56,914 bases of DNA from Solirubrobacteraceae bacterium (GTDB taxonomy: Bacteria > Actinomycetota > Thermoleophilia > Solirubrobacterales > Solirubrobacteraceae). Below the pieces are notes generated by a model. That model was not told where the DNA came from and searched no databases. It was given only the letters and a program-made list of their open reading frames with translations. Shown here one piece after another: positions 17,178 to 26,972 of this stretch; position 1 is the stretch's first letter; each line of letters starts with the position of its first letter. The translations under genes were made by a program, and so were the position numbers. Location: positions 1 through 56,914 of the forward strand of contig DATFRW010000351.1 of assembly GCA_035262945.1 (NCBI GenBank), read 5' to 3'.

Positions 17178-18883
17178 GCGCCGCCGAGCAGGCTTCACGC
17201 GGGTCGTCGGCCACCACGGTCGACCCGATCACGGTCATGGTGATCGGCGGCGCGCTGAACTCGATCGCCATCGACATGGGCTATCGGCTGGCGCGCATGT
17301 CGTACTCGTCGATCATCCGCGAGTCGGAGGACTTCGGCTGCGCGATCTGTGACAGCGAGGGCCGCCAGCTGTGCGAGGCCACGCAGTCCACGCCGCTGCA
17401 GTCAGGCCCGATCGCCGGCTACCTGGCCGGCATCGAGCGCCGCTTCGCCGAGCTCGGCGACGCATGGCGTCCGGGCGACGTCGTGGTCCACAACCACCCT
17501 TACTACGGGTCCTCACACCAGCCCGACGTCGCCTTCTGCGTTCCCGTCTTCCGCGACGAGGAGCTCATCGGCTTCTCGGTGACCACGGCCCACCACCTCG
17601 ATCTCGGGGCGCTTACGCCCGGCAGCTGCGGCATCGTGAACGCCACGGACACGTTCGCCGAGGGTCTGCTCCTCAACGCCGTGCGCGTCGAGGAAGCCGG
17701 CGAACGAGTGGAGAGCGCGTGGCGCATCATTGCCGACAACACGCGCATTCCGCGGCTCGTGCTCGGCGACATGGAGGCCCAGGTCGCTGCCGCCAAGCTT
17801 GGAGCCGCCCGATACGCCGAGCTCGTCGAGAGCTTCGGTCTCGACGCGGTGCGGGCGGCCTCCGAGCACCTGATGGACCACTCCGAGCGCATGCTGCGCA
17901 ACCAGATCGAGAAGCTCCCCGACGGGCGCTACGAGGCCGAGGGGATGATCGACGGCTTCCTCGACCACCCCGACCCGACGTACCGCAATCTGAAGATCAA
18001 GGTCGCGGTCACGGTCGACGGATCGGACCTGCACGTCGACCTCGACGGCACCTCGCCCGAGGTCGACCTCCCGATCAACATGCCGTTCGTCGGAACCGTC
18101 GACGTGGCCATCTACATGACCCTGCGCTCGCTGCTGCTCGACACCGAGCACCACGACGCGGTGTCCACGAACTCCGGCCTCTTCCGCCCGATCGCCATCT
18201 CCGCGCCGCTGGGCTGCCTGGCCAACCCGCGCTTCCCGGCGCCGACCATCGCGCGCTTCTGCCCCGGCAACATCGTCGCCGACACGCTGATGCGCGCGAT
18301 GGCGCAGATCATCCCCGAACGCGTCGCCGCCGGCGTGGGCAACCTCAAGGTCGTGGCGTTCTCGGGCGCCGAAGACGGAGCCGCCTGGGTCTACATGGAC
18401 ATCATCGAGGGCAGTTACGGCGGGCGCCGCGGCAAGGACGGCCTCGACGCCGTCGACACGCTGTACGCGAACACGCGCAACAACCCCGTCGAGGACATCG
18501 AGTCCCACTACCCCCTGCGCGTGACGCGCTACGAGCTGCGCGACGAGGGCGCCGGCGCCGGTCGCTGGCGCGGCGGCCTGGGCTCGATCCGCGAGTTCGA
18601 GTTCCTTGCCGACGGCGGCTTCTCGCTGGAGGGCGACGGCAACGCGATCCCGCCGCCGGGGCTCTTCGGCGGCGGCCCGGGCCGGCCCGGCGAGGTGACG
18701 ATGAACCCGGGGACCGACGCCGAGGAGGCCCTCCCGTCGAAGATCCCGTATCGCAGCGTCCGCAAGGGCGAGGTGCTGCGCCTGCTGGCGCCGTGCGGAG
18801 GCGGCTACGGCGACCCGGCCGAGCGCGACGCCGCCGCGCTCGGGCGCGACGCGGCTGACGGCATCGCGATGGGCAGCGCGTGA
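17174..18883 (+). CDS. hyuB: Hydantoinase B/oxoprolinase family, B subunit (pair 1)
   Basis: 569 aa from MSAAEQ. DPITVMVIGGALNSIAIDMG...SIIRESEDFGCAICD and GGGYGDP match HyuB. ATGA overlap with hyuA. Confidence 0.92.
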   Translation: MSAAEQASRGSSATTVDPITVMVIGGALNSIAIDMGYRLARMSYSSIIRESEDFGCAICDSEGRQLCEATQSTPLQSGPIAGYLAGIERRFAELGDAWRPGDVVVHNHPYYGSSHQPDVAFCVPVFRDEELIGFSVTTAHHLDLGALTPGSCGIVNATDTFAEGLLLNAVRVEEAGERVESAWRIIADNTRIPRLVLGDMEAQVAAAKLGAARYAELVESFGLDAVRAASEHLMDHSERMLRNQIEKLPDGRYEAEGMIDGFLDHPDPTYRNLKIKVAVTVDGSDLHVDLDGTSPEVDLPINMPFVGTVDVAIYMTLRSLLLDTEHHDAVSTNSGLFRPIAISAPLGCLANPRFPAPTIARFCPGNIVADTLMRAMAQIIPERVAAGVGNLKVVAFSGAEDGAAWVYMDIIEGSYGGRRGKDGLDAVDTLYANTRNNPVEDIESHYPLRVTRYELRDEGAGAGRWRGGLGSIREFEFLADGGFSLEGDGNAIPPPGLFGGGPGRPGEVTMNPGTDAEEALPSKIPYRSVRKGEVLRLLAPCGGGYGDPAERDAAALGRDAADGIAMGSA

Positions 18884-20112
18884 CCGACCAGCGGACGAAG
18901 GCGGGCGAGCGCACGCTCGCATCCGACCTCGAGGACGCGGCGCGGATCGGCGGGCTGCCCGACGGCGGCGTGTCGCGCTTCGCGTTCACCCCCGAGCTCG
19001 CCGAGGTGACCGCATGGGTCAGCGAGGAGCTCGAGCGCCTCGGGCTGGAGCCCGAGACGGATGCCGCGGGCAACTTCTTCGCCCGCTGGCCGGCCGGCGA
19101 GGGTAAGCCGGTCCTGGCCGCCTCGCACTTGGACACCGTGCCCCACGGCGGGCACTTCGACGGCGTCCTCGGCGTGCTGACGGCCGTCGACGCTGTCCGC
19201 CAGCTGCGCGCGGAGGGCTTCGAGCCGGCCCGGCCGATCGTCGTGGGCGCGTTCATGGACGAGGAAGGCCCCCGCTTCGGCAACGGGCTGTTCGGCAGCC
19301 GCGCCTTTGTCGGCGACGACATGTCCGTGGCTCTGGCCAACCGCGACGCCGACGGCGTCAGCGCCGCCGACGCGATGCGCGCGGTGGGCCTGGACCCCGA
19401 CCGCATCGGCGAGGCCAACCGCGTCGCCGACGTCGGGGCCTACGTCGAGCTGCACATCGAGCAGGGCCCGGTGCTCGACCAGCGCGGTCTGCGACTCGGC
19501 GTGGTCGACACGATCACCGGCATCTACGGCTACCGCGCCGAGCTACGCGGCGAGACCAACCACGCCGGGACGACGCCGATGGAGCTGCGCCAGGACGCGC
19601 TCGTCGGCGCGGCGCGCGTAGTCCTCGAACTGCGCGAGCGCGCCCGGGCCGACGACCGGCTGCGGGCAACTGTCGGCCGCCTCGAGGCGCTGCCTGGAGC
19701 CAAGAACATCGTCCCCGGCGGCTGCGAGTTCACCGTCGACCTGCGCCCGGCTGACCCCGACCAGTTCGAGCCGGCCGACGCCTGGCTGCGTGCGACGCTC
19801 GACCGGATCGCGGCCGAGGAGGGCCTGTCCGCGTCGCTGCACGTCGACTACGCCGTGCCCGCCGTGCCGATGGACCCCGCAGTGGTCGCCGCGATCGAGG
19901 ATGCCGCGCGCGAGCAGGGTGTCGAGCCGCTGCGGATGTTCAGCGGCGCCGGCCACGACGCGATGCTCGTCGCGCCGTACGTGCCCGCAGGGATGATCTT
20001 CGTGCCCAGCCGCCGCGGGATCAGCCACTCCCCGGAGGAGTGGACCGACGTCGCCGACTGCGAGCTGGGCGCCCGCGTGCTCGCCGGGACACTGCGGCGG
20101 TTGGCGAGCTAG
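18880..20112 (+). CDS. Zn-dependent M20 amidohydrolase: N-carbamoyl-L-amino-acid / allantoate amidohydrolase family
   Basis: 410 aa. SHLDTVPHGGHFDGVLGV and MDEEG.RF match AmaB/AllC-type enzymes. GTGA overlap with hyuB. Confidence 0.85.
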   Translation: MTDQRTKAGERTLASDLEDAARIGGLPDGGVSRFAFTPELAEVTAWVSEELERLGLEPETDAAGNFFARWPAGEGKPVLAASHLDTVPHGGHFDGVLGVLTAVDAVRQLRAEGFEPARPIVVGAFMDEEGPRFGNGLFGSRAFVGDDMSVALANRDADGVSAADAMRAVGLDPDRIGEANRVADVGAYVELHIEQGPVLDQRGLRLGVVDTITGIYGYRAELRGETNHAGTTPMELRQDALVGAARVVLELRERARADDRLRATVGRLEALPGAKNIVPGGCEFTVDLRPADPDQFEPADAWLRATLDRIAAEEGLSASLHVDYAVPAVPMDPAVVAAIEDAAREQGVEPLRMFSGAGHDAMLVAPYVPAGMIFVPSRRGISHSPEEWTDVADCELGARVLAGTLRRLAS

Positions 20113-20118
20113 GACGCC

Positions 20119-20994
20119 ATGTCGGGCCCGTCCGTCTGCGTCGTCGGGCTCGGAATCATGGGCCGGCCGGTCGCGGCGACGCTGGCTCGCGCCGGGCTCC
20201 CCGTCCGGGGCTGGAACCGTTCGCCGCTCGCCGCGGGCGCCCCCGACGGGGTCGAGCTCGTCGCTTCGCTGGCCGACGCGGCGGCCGCCGACGTCGTGCT
20301 CATGCTGCTGTCCGACTCGCGTGCGACCGGAGCCGTGCTCGACGAGCTCGAGCCGTATCTGCGGGGCGCGACGGTCCTCGACATGGGCAGCTCGGACCCC
20401 GCGGACTCGCGCGCGCGGGCCGCTCGCCTGGCGGCGCGCGGCGTGGGCTGGGTCGACGCTCCCGTCTCCGGAGGGCCCGACGGCGCGGCGCGCGCCGCGC
20501 TGGCGATCATGGCCGGCGGCGAGGAGCCCGACTTCGCCCGGGTCCTGCCGGTGCTCGAGGTCCTCGGCGCGAACGTCGTGCGCGTCGGCGGCCCCGGCGC
20601 GGGCCACGCGATGAAGGTCGTCAACCAGGTGATCGTCGGTCTGGGCATCGACGCGGTCGCCGAGGCGCTGGCGTTGGCGGGCTCCTTCGGCTTCAGCGCC
20701 GAGGAGGTGCAGGCGGCGCTGCGCGGCGGCTCGGCCGACACCTACCAGCTGCGCGTCATGGGCACGCGCATGGGGCGCCGCGAGTACGTGCCGGGCGCCA
20801 AGCTGACCACGGTCCGCAAGGACCTGGCGATGGCCGCCGGCGCGGCCGACGCGGCCGGCCTCGAGCTGCCGCACCTTCGCCAGGCGCTCGTCGCCTGCGA
20901 CGAGGTGGTGGCCGCCGGGTCGGGCCACGAGGACTGCGCGATCGTCTACGAGCTGCGCGCGGCCGACGGCCGCCTGCGTGGAATGGGGAGGTGA
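20119..20994 (+). CDS. NAD(P)-dependent 3-hydroxyisobutyrate/2-hydroxy-3-oxopropionate reductase family (beta-hydroxyacid dehydrogenase)
   Basis: 291 aa. VCVVGLGIMGRPVA (Rossmann fold), DAPVSGG and GAGHAMKVVNQ (catalytic Lys region) are present. Confidence 0.85.
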   Translation: MSGPSVCVVGLGIMGRPVAATLARAGLPVRGWNRSPLAAGAPDGVELVASLADAAAADVVLMLLSDSRATGAVLDELEPYLRGATVLDMGSSDPADSRARAARLAARGVGWVDAPVSGGPDGAARAALAIMAGGEEPDFARVLPVLEVLGANVVRVGGPGAGHAMKVVNQVIVGLGIDAVAEALALAGSFGFSAEEVQAALRGGSADTYQLRVMGTRMGRREYVPGAKLTTVRKDLAMAAGAADAAGLELPHLRQALVACDEVVAAGSGHEDCAIVYELRAADGRLRGMGR

Positions 20995-20997
20995 GCC

Positions 20998-21981
20998 GTG
21001 TCGGATCTGGTGTCGCCGGTCGGGCTGGTGCTGGGGAGCGTGCTCGCCCCGGAGCACGTGCTCGCGAACGCGCGCATGGGCGAGGAGCTCGGCTTCGGCC
21101 GCGTCTGGATGGCCGAGGACTACTACTTCACCGGTGGCATCTCGGGCGCGGCGTCCGTGCTCGCGGCCACCGAGCGCATCCCGGTAGGGCTCGGCATCGT
21201 CTCGGCGGTGGCGCGCCACCCCGCGCTGCTGGCCATGGAGATCGCCACCATGGCGCGGCTGCATCCCGGGCGCGTGGCGCCCGCGGTCGGGCTTGGCCTG
21301 CGCGACTGGCTGCGCCAGATGGGCATCCATCCGCGCTCGACGCTCACGGCGGTGCGCGAGTCGATGACCGCGTTGCGCGCGCTGCTGGCCGGGGAGGAGG
21401 TCACGAGCAGCGGCGAGGTCTTCCACCTCGACCACATCCAGCTCGCTTATCCCGTCGAGGTGCCCTTGTTCACGGGTGTGATGGGCCCGCATATGCTGCG
21501 TCTTTCGGGCGAACTGGCCGACGGGACGCTGCTGTCGGTCGGCGCCAGCCCAGGCTACGTGACCTGGGCGCGCGAGCGCATCGCCGAGGGCGCCGCGGCG
21601 GCGGGCCGCGACGCCGGCGCACACGAGGTCTCGACGTTCGCCCTGTTCGCGATCGACGAGGACGGCGAGAAGGCGCGCGCCGATCTGCGCGAGACCCTCG
21701 GCTTCTTCCTGTTGACGATGGCCCAGAGCTCGCTCATCGAGGTGCTTGGGATCCGCGACGAGCTGCTCGAGCTGGGCAAGGACGGGCCGGAGGGCCTGGG
21801 CGCCAAGCTGCCCGACGAGTGGGTCGAGGACCTCGCGGTCGCCGGCGATCCGGCCGAGTGCGCGCAGAAGATCCGGCGCCTCCTCGACGCCGGATCCACC
21901 AGCGTTGACCTCTTCCCCGTGCCCGACCTCGCCTCCGCGCAGATCCGCCTCGCGGGCGAGCGCCTGGTGCCGCTGCTGTAG
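20998..21981 (+). CDS. Luciferase-like (LLM class) flavin/F420-dependent oxidoreductase
   Basis: 327 aa. The LLM pattern is GFGRVWMAEDYYF...IPVGLGIVSAV.RHPALLAME.ATMA.L.PGR. GTG start 3 nt after the upstream stop. Confidence 0.8.
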   Translation: MSDLVSPVGLVLGSVLAPEHVLANARMGEELGFGRVWMAEDYYFTGGISGAASVLAATERIPVGLGIVSAVARHPALLAMEIATMARLHPGRVAPAVGLGLRDWLRQMGIHPRSTLTAVRESMTALRALLAGEEVTSSGEVFHLDHIQLAYPVEVPLFTGVMGPHMLRLSGELADGTLLSVGASPGYVTWARERIAEGAAAAGRDAGAHEVSTFALFAIDEDGEKARADLRETLGFFLLTMAQSSLIEVLGIRDELLELGKDGPEGLGAKLPDEWVEDLAVAGDPAECAQKIRRLLDAGSTSVDLFPVPDLASAQIRLAGERLVPLL

Positions 21982-21987
21982 CCGGGC

Positions 21988-23484
21988 CTACGAGGCCGCG
22001 CCGACGCCCGCCCCGCTCAGCGACGCGCGCGTGAACTCGGTGTCCAGCGGCGTCTGCGTGACCCGCGGGTCGAGCTTGCGCTCTACGAACCGTCCGGTCG
22101 TCTTTGACCCCACGAAGTTGCCGTCGTCGACGAGCACGTTGCCGCGCAGGATCGTGCTGCGCACCTTGCCGGTGAGCTCCCACCCGTCCCAGCACGAGTA
22201 CGGCTCGGACATGTGCAGGTCCTGCCAGTGCACGGTCCACTGTTTGTTGGGGTCGAAGATCATCACGTCGGCGTCGCCGCCCTCCCGCAGCTCGCCCTTC
22301 GTCGGCAGGCCGAGCAGTCGCGCCGGGTTGGTGGCGATGAGCTCGACCCAGCGGCTGGCGCTGAAGCGGCCCTTGGCCACGCCTTCGGAGTACAGGACCG
22401 GGATGCGCAGCTCGGCGGCCGCCTGGCCCGCCTGCATGGCGTCGACCTTCGTCCCCATGACGTGGAAGCGATCGTGCAGCTTGACCAGCGCGTGGTCGGT
22501 GCCCACCGCCTGCAGCCGGTCGTCGGCGATGGCCTCCCAGCACGCCGCACGGTCGGGTCCGAACTTCGGCGTCGGGTAGTTGTTGTAGAGCAGCCCGCGC
22601 GCGTTGTGGACCTCGCCGTCGAACTCGACCGGCGACTCGTCCCAAAGGTCGTCCTGCGTGAAGCTCAGGTAGGCCGACAGCGTCTCGCCGTACATCGGCA
22701 GGCCCTTCGCGCGCGCCTCGGCCAGCGCCTGGATGCCCGAGCCGGCGGCCATGTGCAGGATGTAGAGCGCCGACCCCGAGCGCTCGGCGAGGAACAGCGC
22801 GCGGCGGACCGCGGCCTCCTCGACGATGGGGCCGCGCACCTCGCAGATGTGGGCCCCATGGGTCTTGCCCTCGCGCACGTACTTGGCGGTGAGCCAGTTG
22901 GCGATGGCGTCGTCCTCGGCGTGGACGACGCTCATCCCGCCGTGCTTGGCGACCTCGCACATCAGGCCGTAGCGGCGCCCGTCGTCGGACATCCAGCCGT
23001 AGGTCATCATCGTCTTGACCGTCGGGACGCCGCTGGCGATGACGTCGCCGACCTGCTCGATGTCCTCGAAGGAGAAGTCCCCGGTGAGGATGACGTGCAG
23101 GCCGTAGTCGAGGGCCATGTTGCCTTCGAACTGGGCCTTGCGCGCGGCGATGGTGTCCATCGGGCCGGTCGGCGGATCCTGGATGGCGAAGTCGACGATC
23201 GTCGTGTTGCCGCCGTGGACCGCGGCATCCGTGTGCTCGGGGCCCTCGGTGACGAGCAGGTCCTGGAAGTTCATGGCGTAGTGCACGTGCGGGTCGATGC
23301 CGCCCGGGGTCACGAGACACCCGCTGGCATCGATGACGCGCTTGGCCTCACCGGCCGTCCCGGGCGGGTGCAGGCCCGAGATCCGCTCGCCGTCGATCGC
23401 GACGTCCAGCTCACTCTCCCCGCTGGGGCCTACCACGGTCCCGCCGCTGATGACCAGATCGTGGACCAACTGATCGTTGCTCAT
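21988..23484 (-). CDS. Dihydropyrimidinase / D-hydantoinase (cyclic amidohydrolase) 1
   Basis: 498 aa from MSNDQLV. GGIDPHVHY (HxH), VKTMMTY (carbamylated-Lys context), VVHAED, LYILHM and VGTDH are present. ATGA overlap with the upstream FAD gene. Confidence 0.9.
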   Translation of the reverse strand: MSNDQLVHDLVISGGTVVGPSGESELDVAIDGERISGLHPPGTAGEAKRVIDASGCLVTPGGIDPHVHYAMNFQDLLVTEGPEHTDAAVHGGNTTIVDFAIQDPPTGPMDTIAARKAQFEGNMALDYGLHVILTGDFSFEDIEQVGDVIASGVPTVKTMMTYGWMSDDGRRYGLMCEVAKHGGMSVVHAEDDAIANWLTAKYVREGKTHGAHICEVRGPIVEEAAVRRALFLAERSGSALYILHMAAGSGIQALAEARAKGLPMYGETLSAYLSFTQDDLWDESPVEFDGEVHNARGLLYNNYPTPKFGPDRAACWEAIADDRLQAVGTDHALVKLHDRFHVMGTKVDAMQAGQAAAELRIPVLYSEGVAKGRFSASRWVELIATNPARLLGLPTKGELREGGDADVMIFDPNKQWTVHWQDLHMSEPYSCWDGWELTGKVRSTILRGNVLVDDGNFVGSKTTGRFVERKLDPRVTQTPLDTEFTRASLSGAGVGAAS

Positions 23485-24611
23485 GTCATAGCCCTCTCGA
23501 ATCGCGCCGGGCGGAACCGCTCCAGCGCATCGACCTGTTCGCCTTCCAACAGCTCCTCGCGCACGAGCTCGCCGAGCGCGGGGGCGATCGTCACGCCACT
23601 GTGCGAGACGACCGCGTAGAGACCATCTCGTGTCCAGCCCACCGCAGGCAAGTGGTCGGCGGGCAGCGCCCGGATCCCGATGCGCGCGCTCTCCAGCGCG
23701 GCGGTCTCCGAGCCGCGCAGGCGCCCCCGCGCCAGCTCCACCAGCTCGAGCGCCTCCGCGGGCGCGGGCGTCATCGGCGTGTCGGCGCGCATACGGGCGT
23801 CCTGCTCGTCGCCGTGCAGCAGCAGCCGGCCGGCGCCGTCGGGCCGGATCATCAGACCGTCGACGACCACCACCCGCCGCAGCCGGGCGACCGTCGGCGT
23901 GGTCAGCACGAGCAGGCCGACCGCCGGCGACGGGGCCGGCTCCGGTGCGGTCATCGGGAGCTCCACGCCCGCAAGGCGCAGGACGTCCTCGGTCCAGCGC
24001 CCCACGCAGGTGACCACGGCGTCGGCCCCGAGGGTCTCGCCCGTCGACAGCTGCACCCCGGTGACCGCCTCGCCGCTCGTCGCGAAGCCCGTGACCGTCG
24101 CGCCCGTGCGCAGCGAGACGCCGGCGTCCACGGCGCGCGCCAGCAGGTCGGCGAGCGCGGGGCGCGTGAAGAGGAAGCTCTCCTCCGGGTAGTAGGCGAC
24201 CTTCCCGGCAAGGCCGTCGAGGCGGAGGTCGGGCTCGAGTTCGGCGACGTCCCCTGCGTCGAGGGCCCGGGCGCCGAAGCCGCGCGCGGCGAGCTCCTCG
24301 ATCCGCGCTTCCAGCGCGGCGGCGCGATCGGGATCGCTCTCCCAGGTGAGCGTGCCGGTGATCGTCAGCCAGTCCGGGTCGCCGAAGTCCGCGGCCACGT
24401 CGTGCCACGCCCGGACGCCCGCGATGTTGAGGTCGAGGTAGCCGTCGAGCGCCGGGTGGCTGGCGTCGATCCAGGCGAAGCTCGTGCCGGTCGTGCCGGC
24501 GCCCGGCGTCGACGCATCGAGGAGCGTGACCTCGGCCGCGCCCTGCGCGAGACGCAGGGCCACGCAGGACCCCACGATTCCCGCTCCGACCACGATCACG
24601 CGGACCGGCAC
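23481..24611 (-). CDS. FAD-dependent oxidoreductase (DAO family; D-amino-acid/glycine/sarcosine-oxidase-like)
   Basis: About 376 aa with dinucleotide fold VIVVGAGIVGSCVALRLA....V.LLD. The start is taken as GTG 24611, after GGTGGAG. The ATG at 24665 is less likely. Confidence 0.8.
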   Translation of the reverse strand: MPVRVIVVGAGIVGSCVALRLAQGAAEVTLLDASTPGAGTTGTSFAWIDASHPALDGYLDLNIAGVRAWHDVAADFGDPDWLTITGTLTWESDPDRAAALEARIEELAARGFGARALDAGDVAELEPDLRLDGLAGKVAYYPEESFLFTRPALADLLARAVDAGVSLRTGATVTGFATSGEAVTGVQLSTGETLGADAVVTCVGRWTEDVLRLAGVELPMTAPEPAPSPAVGLLVLTTPTVARLRRVVVVDGLMIRPDGAGRLLLHGDEQDARMRADTPMTPAPAEALELVELARGRLRGSETAALESARIGIRALPADHLPAVGWTRDGLYAVVSHSGVTIAPALGELVREELLEGEQVDALERFRPARFERAMT

Positions 24612-24682
24612 GGCTACTCCACCGCGCTCCCCAGAGCCACGGCGACGTAGTGTATACCGTCGCACACGAACGAGGAGAGGGA

Positions 24683-25438
24683 ATGGCCGAGCACAACGCG
24701 ATCGTCACGGGGGGCGGCGGAGGGATCGGCGGCGTGGCCGCCCGCGAGCTCGCGCGCCGCGGCTTCGCGGTCCTCGTCGTCGACGTCAACCGCGACGCTG
24801 CGCAGGCGACCGCCGACGCGATCGAGGGCGACGGGGGCACCGCCGCCGTGCACGTCAGCGACGTCAGCGACGACGCGGCGGTCAAGGCCTACGTCGACGC
24901 GTGCGTCGAGCGCTTCGGCGCTCCGGGAGCGTTCTTCAACAACGCCGCCTACGAGGGCGCGATCGCGGCGCTCGACGAGTACCCGCTCGACGAGTTCGAC
25001 CGCACGCTGGCCATCAACCTGCGCGGCGTCTTCCTCGGGCTGCGCCACGTGATCCCCGCCATGCGCCGGGGCGGCGGCGGCTCGATCCTCAACACCGCGT
25101 CGCAGGCCGGCGTGCGCGGCGTGCCGAACCTCGCGGGCTACGTCGCCTCCAAGCACGGGGTCGTCGGCCTCTCGCGCGGCGCCGCGCTGGAGTGCGCGCC
25201 GGACATCCGCGTCAACTGCCTGTGCCCGGGCCCGACCTCGACGCGCATGATGCGCGACATCGAGCAGACCATCCGCGACCAGGGCGGCGACCCGAGCGGG
25301 TTCGTCCAGGCGATCCCCGCCGGGCGCTATGGCGAGCCCGAGGAGATCGGCACGTTCGCCGCCTGGGTGCTCGCCGAGGCGCCCGCGTTCCTCACCGGAG
25401 CGGAGCTGTGCGTGGACGGCGGGATGACGGTGAGCTAG
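24683..25438 (+). CDS. Short-chain dehydrogenase/reductase (SDR) 1
   Basis: 251 aa from MAEHNAIVTGGGGGIGG (TGxxxGIG), with NNAA and a YVASKHG (YxxxK) motif. ATG follows GAGGAGAGG. Confidence 0.9.
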   Translation: MAEHNAIVTGGGGGIGGVAARELARRGFAVLVVDVNRDAAQATADAIEGDGGTAAVHVSDVSDDAAVKAYVDACVERFGAPGAFFNNAAYEGAIAALDEYPLDEFDRTLAINLRGVFLGLRHVIPAMRRGGGGSILNTASQAGVRGVPNLAGYVASKHGVVGLSRGAALECAPDIRVNCLCPGPTSTRMMRDIEQTIRDQGGDPSGFVQAIPAGRYGEPEEIGTFAAWVLAEAPAFLTGAELCVDGGMTVS

Positions 25439-26088
25439 GCCTCGACCGCGACGCGGTACTCGGCCGCGCGCAGCATCTCGACCGCCTCGTCGACCGACAC
25501 CACGTCGCCGTACTTCTGGTCGATGTCGAACAGCGAAGCCTCGTGCGGGCCCTGCGCGCGATCGGTCACCGCCTCGCGCGGGACGACCACGCGGTAGCCG
25601 TGCTGCAACGCGTCGACCGCGGTCGCCCGCACGCAGCCCGAGGTCGAGGCGCCCGTCACGACCACCGTGTCGACGTGCGCGGCGGCCAGGTAAGCCGACA
25701 GCGCCGTGCCGAAGAAGGCCGAGGCGAACAGCTTCATGAGGACCGGCTCGTCGGGCCGCGGCCCGAGCCGCTCGTCGACCTTCGCCCAGCGGCTGCCCGC
25801 CTCGAGCGTGAGCAGCGTCGGGACCTTGTCGATGAACGCCTTGGCCACCCGCTGGCCGGCCTCGTCGTACTCGAGCGTGGTGAACGCGATCGGGCAGCCG
25901 GCCTGGCGCGCGGCCTCGAGCACGCGCACGTTCGCGGGTACGGCGGTGTCGGCGTCGCAGTACAGCGGCGAGGCCGGGTCGGTGAAGCCGTAGTTGAGAT
26001 CGACCACGACGACCGCGGGGCGCTTTCCGGCGCCCTGCCGGCGGCCGAGGCCGCGCTCCTCGTAGAGCTTGCGCGTAGCGTCGTCCAT
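25435..26088 (-). CDS. Isochorismatase-family cysteine hydrolase, paralog 2
   Basis: 217 aa from MDDATRK. AVVVVDLNY, MKLFASAFFGT and VTGASTSGCVRATA are present. ATG follows GGAGAGAGGAG. Its stop shares the tetranucleotide CTAG with the convergent SDR stop. Confidence 0.85.
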   Translation of the reverse strand: MDDATRKLYEERGLGRRQGAGKRPAVVVVDLNYGFTDPASPLYCDADTAVPANVRVLEAARQAGCPIAFTTLEYDEAGQRVAKAFIDKVPTLLTLEAGSRWAKVDERLGPRPDEPVLMKLFASAFFGTALSAYLAAAHVDTVVVTGASTSGCVRATAVDALQHGYRVVVPREAVTDRAQGPHEASLFDIDQKYGDVVSVDEAVEMLRAAEYRVAVEA

Positions 26089-26183
26089 GGTGCGGATTCT
26101 CCTCTCTCCGGGGCTTCTTCGCGCTCGAACGCGATGGTATGCAATCGTACGCCGTCCGCGAGCAGAGGAGGGAGTCAAGCCGC

Positions 26184-26960
26184 ATGGGCCGACTTGATGG
26201 GATCGTCGCACTGGTCACCGGCGCCGGATCGGGCATCGGTCGCGAGACCGCGTCGCGCTACGGGGCCGAAGGCGCGGTCGTGGTGGCCGCCGACCTCAAG
26301 GGCGACACCGCCGCCGAGACGGCGGCGGCCATCGAGGCGGGAGGCGGGCGTGCAACGTCGCTGGAGATGGACGTCACCGACGCCGCCGGCGTGAAGGCCG
26401 GCGTCGACCGCGTCGTCGCCGAGCACGGCGGCCTCGACGTCGTCATCAACAACGCCGGGATCACGATCGTCGGCGCGGCGCACACCCTCGAGGAGGACGA
26501 GTGGGACCGCGAGCTCGCCATCAACCTCAAATCGGTCTACCTCGTGTCGCGCGCGGCGTGGCCGCATCTCAAACAGCGCGGCGGCGGCGCCATCCTCAGC
26601 ACCGCGTCGATCGCCGGGCTGTGGGCGATCCCCGCCGATGCCGCGTACTGCGCCTCGAAGGCGGGGGTGATCATGCTGACCAAGTGCATGGCGCTCGACG
26701 GCGCGCGCGATGGCATCCGCGCGGCATGCGTCTGCCCGGGCTACATCGACACGCCGATGATCCAGGGCTACTTCGACGACCAGCCCGACCCCGCCGAGGC
26801 CCGCCGCTTCGCCACGGGCATCCATCCGCTGGGGCGCCTGGGCGACCCCGAGGACATCGCGGAGGCCTTCGTCTACCTCGGCTCGCCGCAGGCCAACTGG
26901 GTGACCGGCACCGCGCTCGTCGTGGACGGCGGCCTGACCAGCGGCATCTGGGCAGGCTGA
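26184..26960 (+). CDS. Short-chain dehydrogenase/reductase (SDR) 2
   Basis: 258 aa from MGRLDGIVALVTGAGSGIG, with NNAG and YCASKAG. ATG follows GAGGAGGGAG. Confidence 0.9.
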   Translation: MGRLDGIVALVTGAGSGIGRETASRYGAEGAVVVAADLKGDTAAETAAAIEAGGGRATSLEMDVTDAAGVKAGVDRVVAEHGGLDVVINNAGITIVGAAHTLEEDEWDRELAINLKSVYLVSRAAWPHLKQRGGGAILSTASIAGLWAIPADAAYCASKAGVIMLTKCMALDGARDGIRAACVCPGYIDTPMIQGYFDDQPDPAEARRFATGIHPLGRLGDPEDIAEAFVYLGSPQANWVTGTALVVDGGLTSGIWAG

Positions 26961-26972
26961 CGGGGGCGCGCG

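Noticed and set aside
25435-25438. The convergent SDR-1 and isochorismatase-2 genes share the palindromic CTAG as both of their stop codons.
   Set aside because: The overlap is real but is probably a trivial consequence of tight packing. It is noted under the convergent-overlap finding rather than treated as its own signal.
26089-26183. Small inverted repeats (TCGCG-N6-CGCGA; GTATGCAATCGTAC) in the divergent isochorismatase-2/SDR-2 spacer, considered as possible operators.
   Set aside because: They are short and imperfect, there is no adjacent regulator gene, and GC-rich palindromes of this size are expected by chance.
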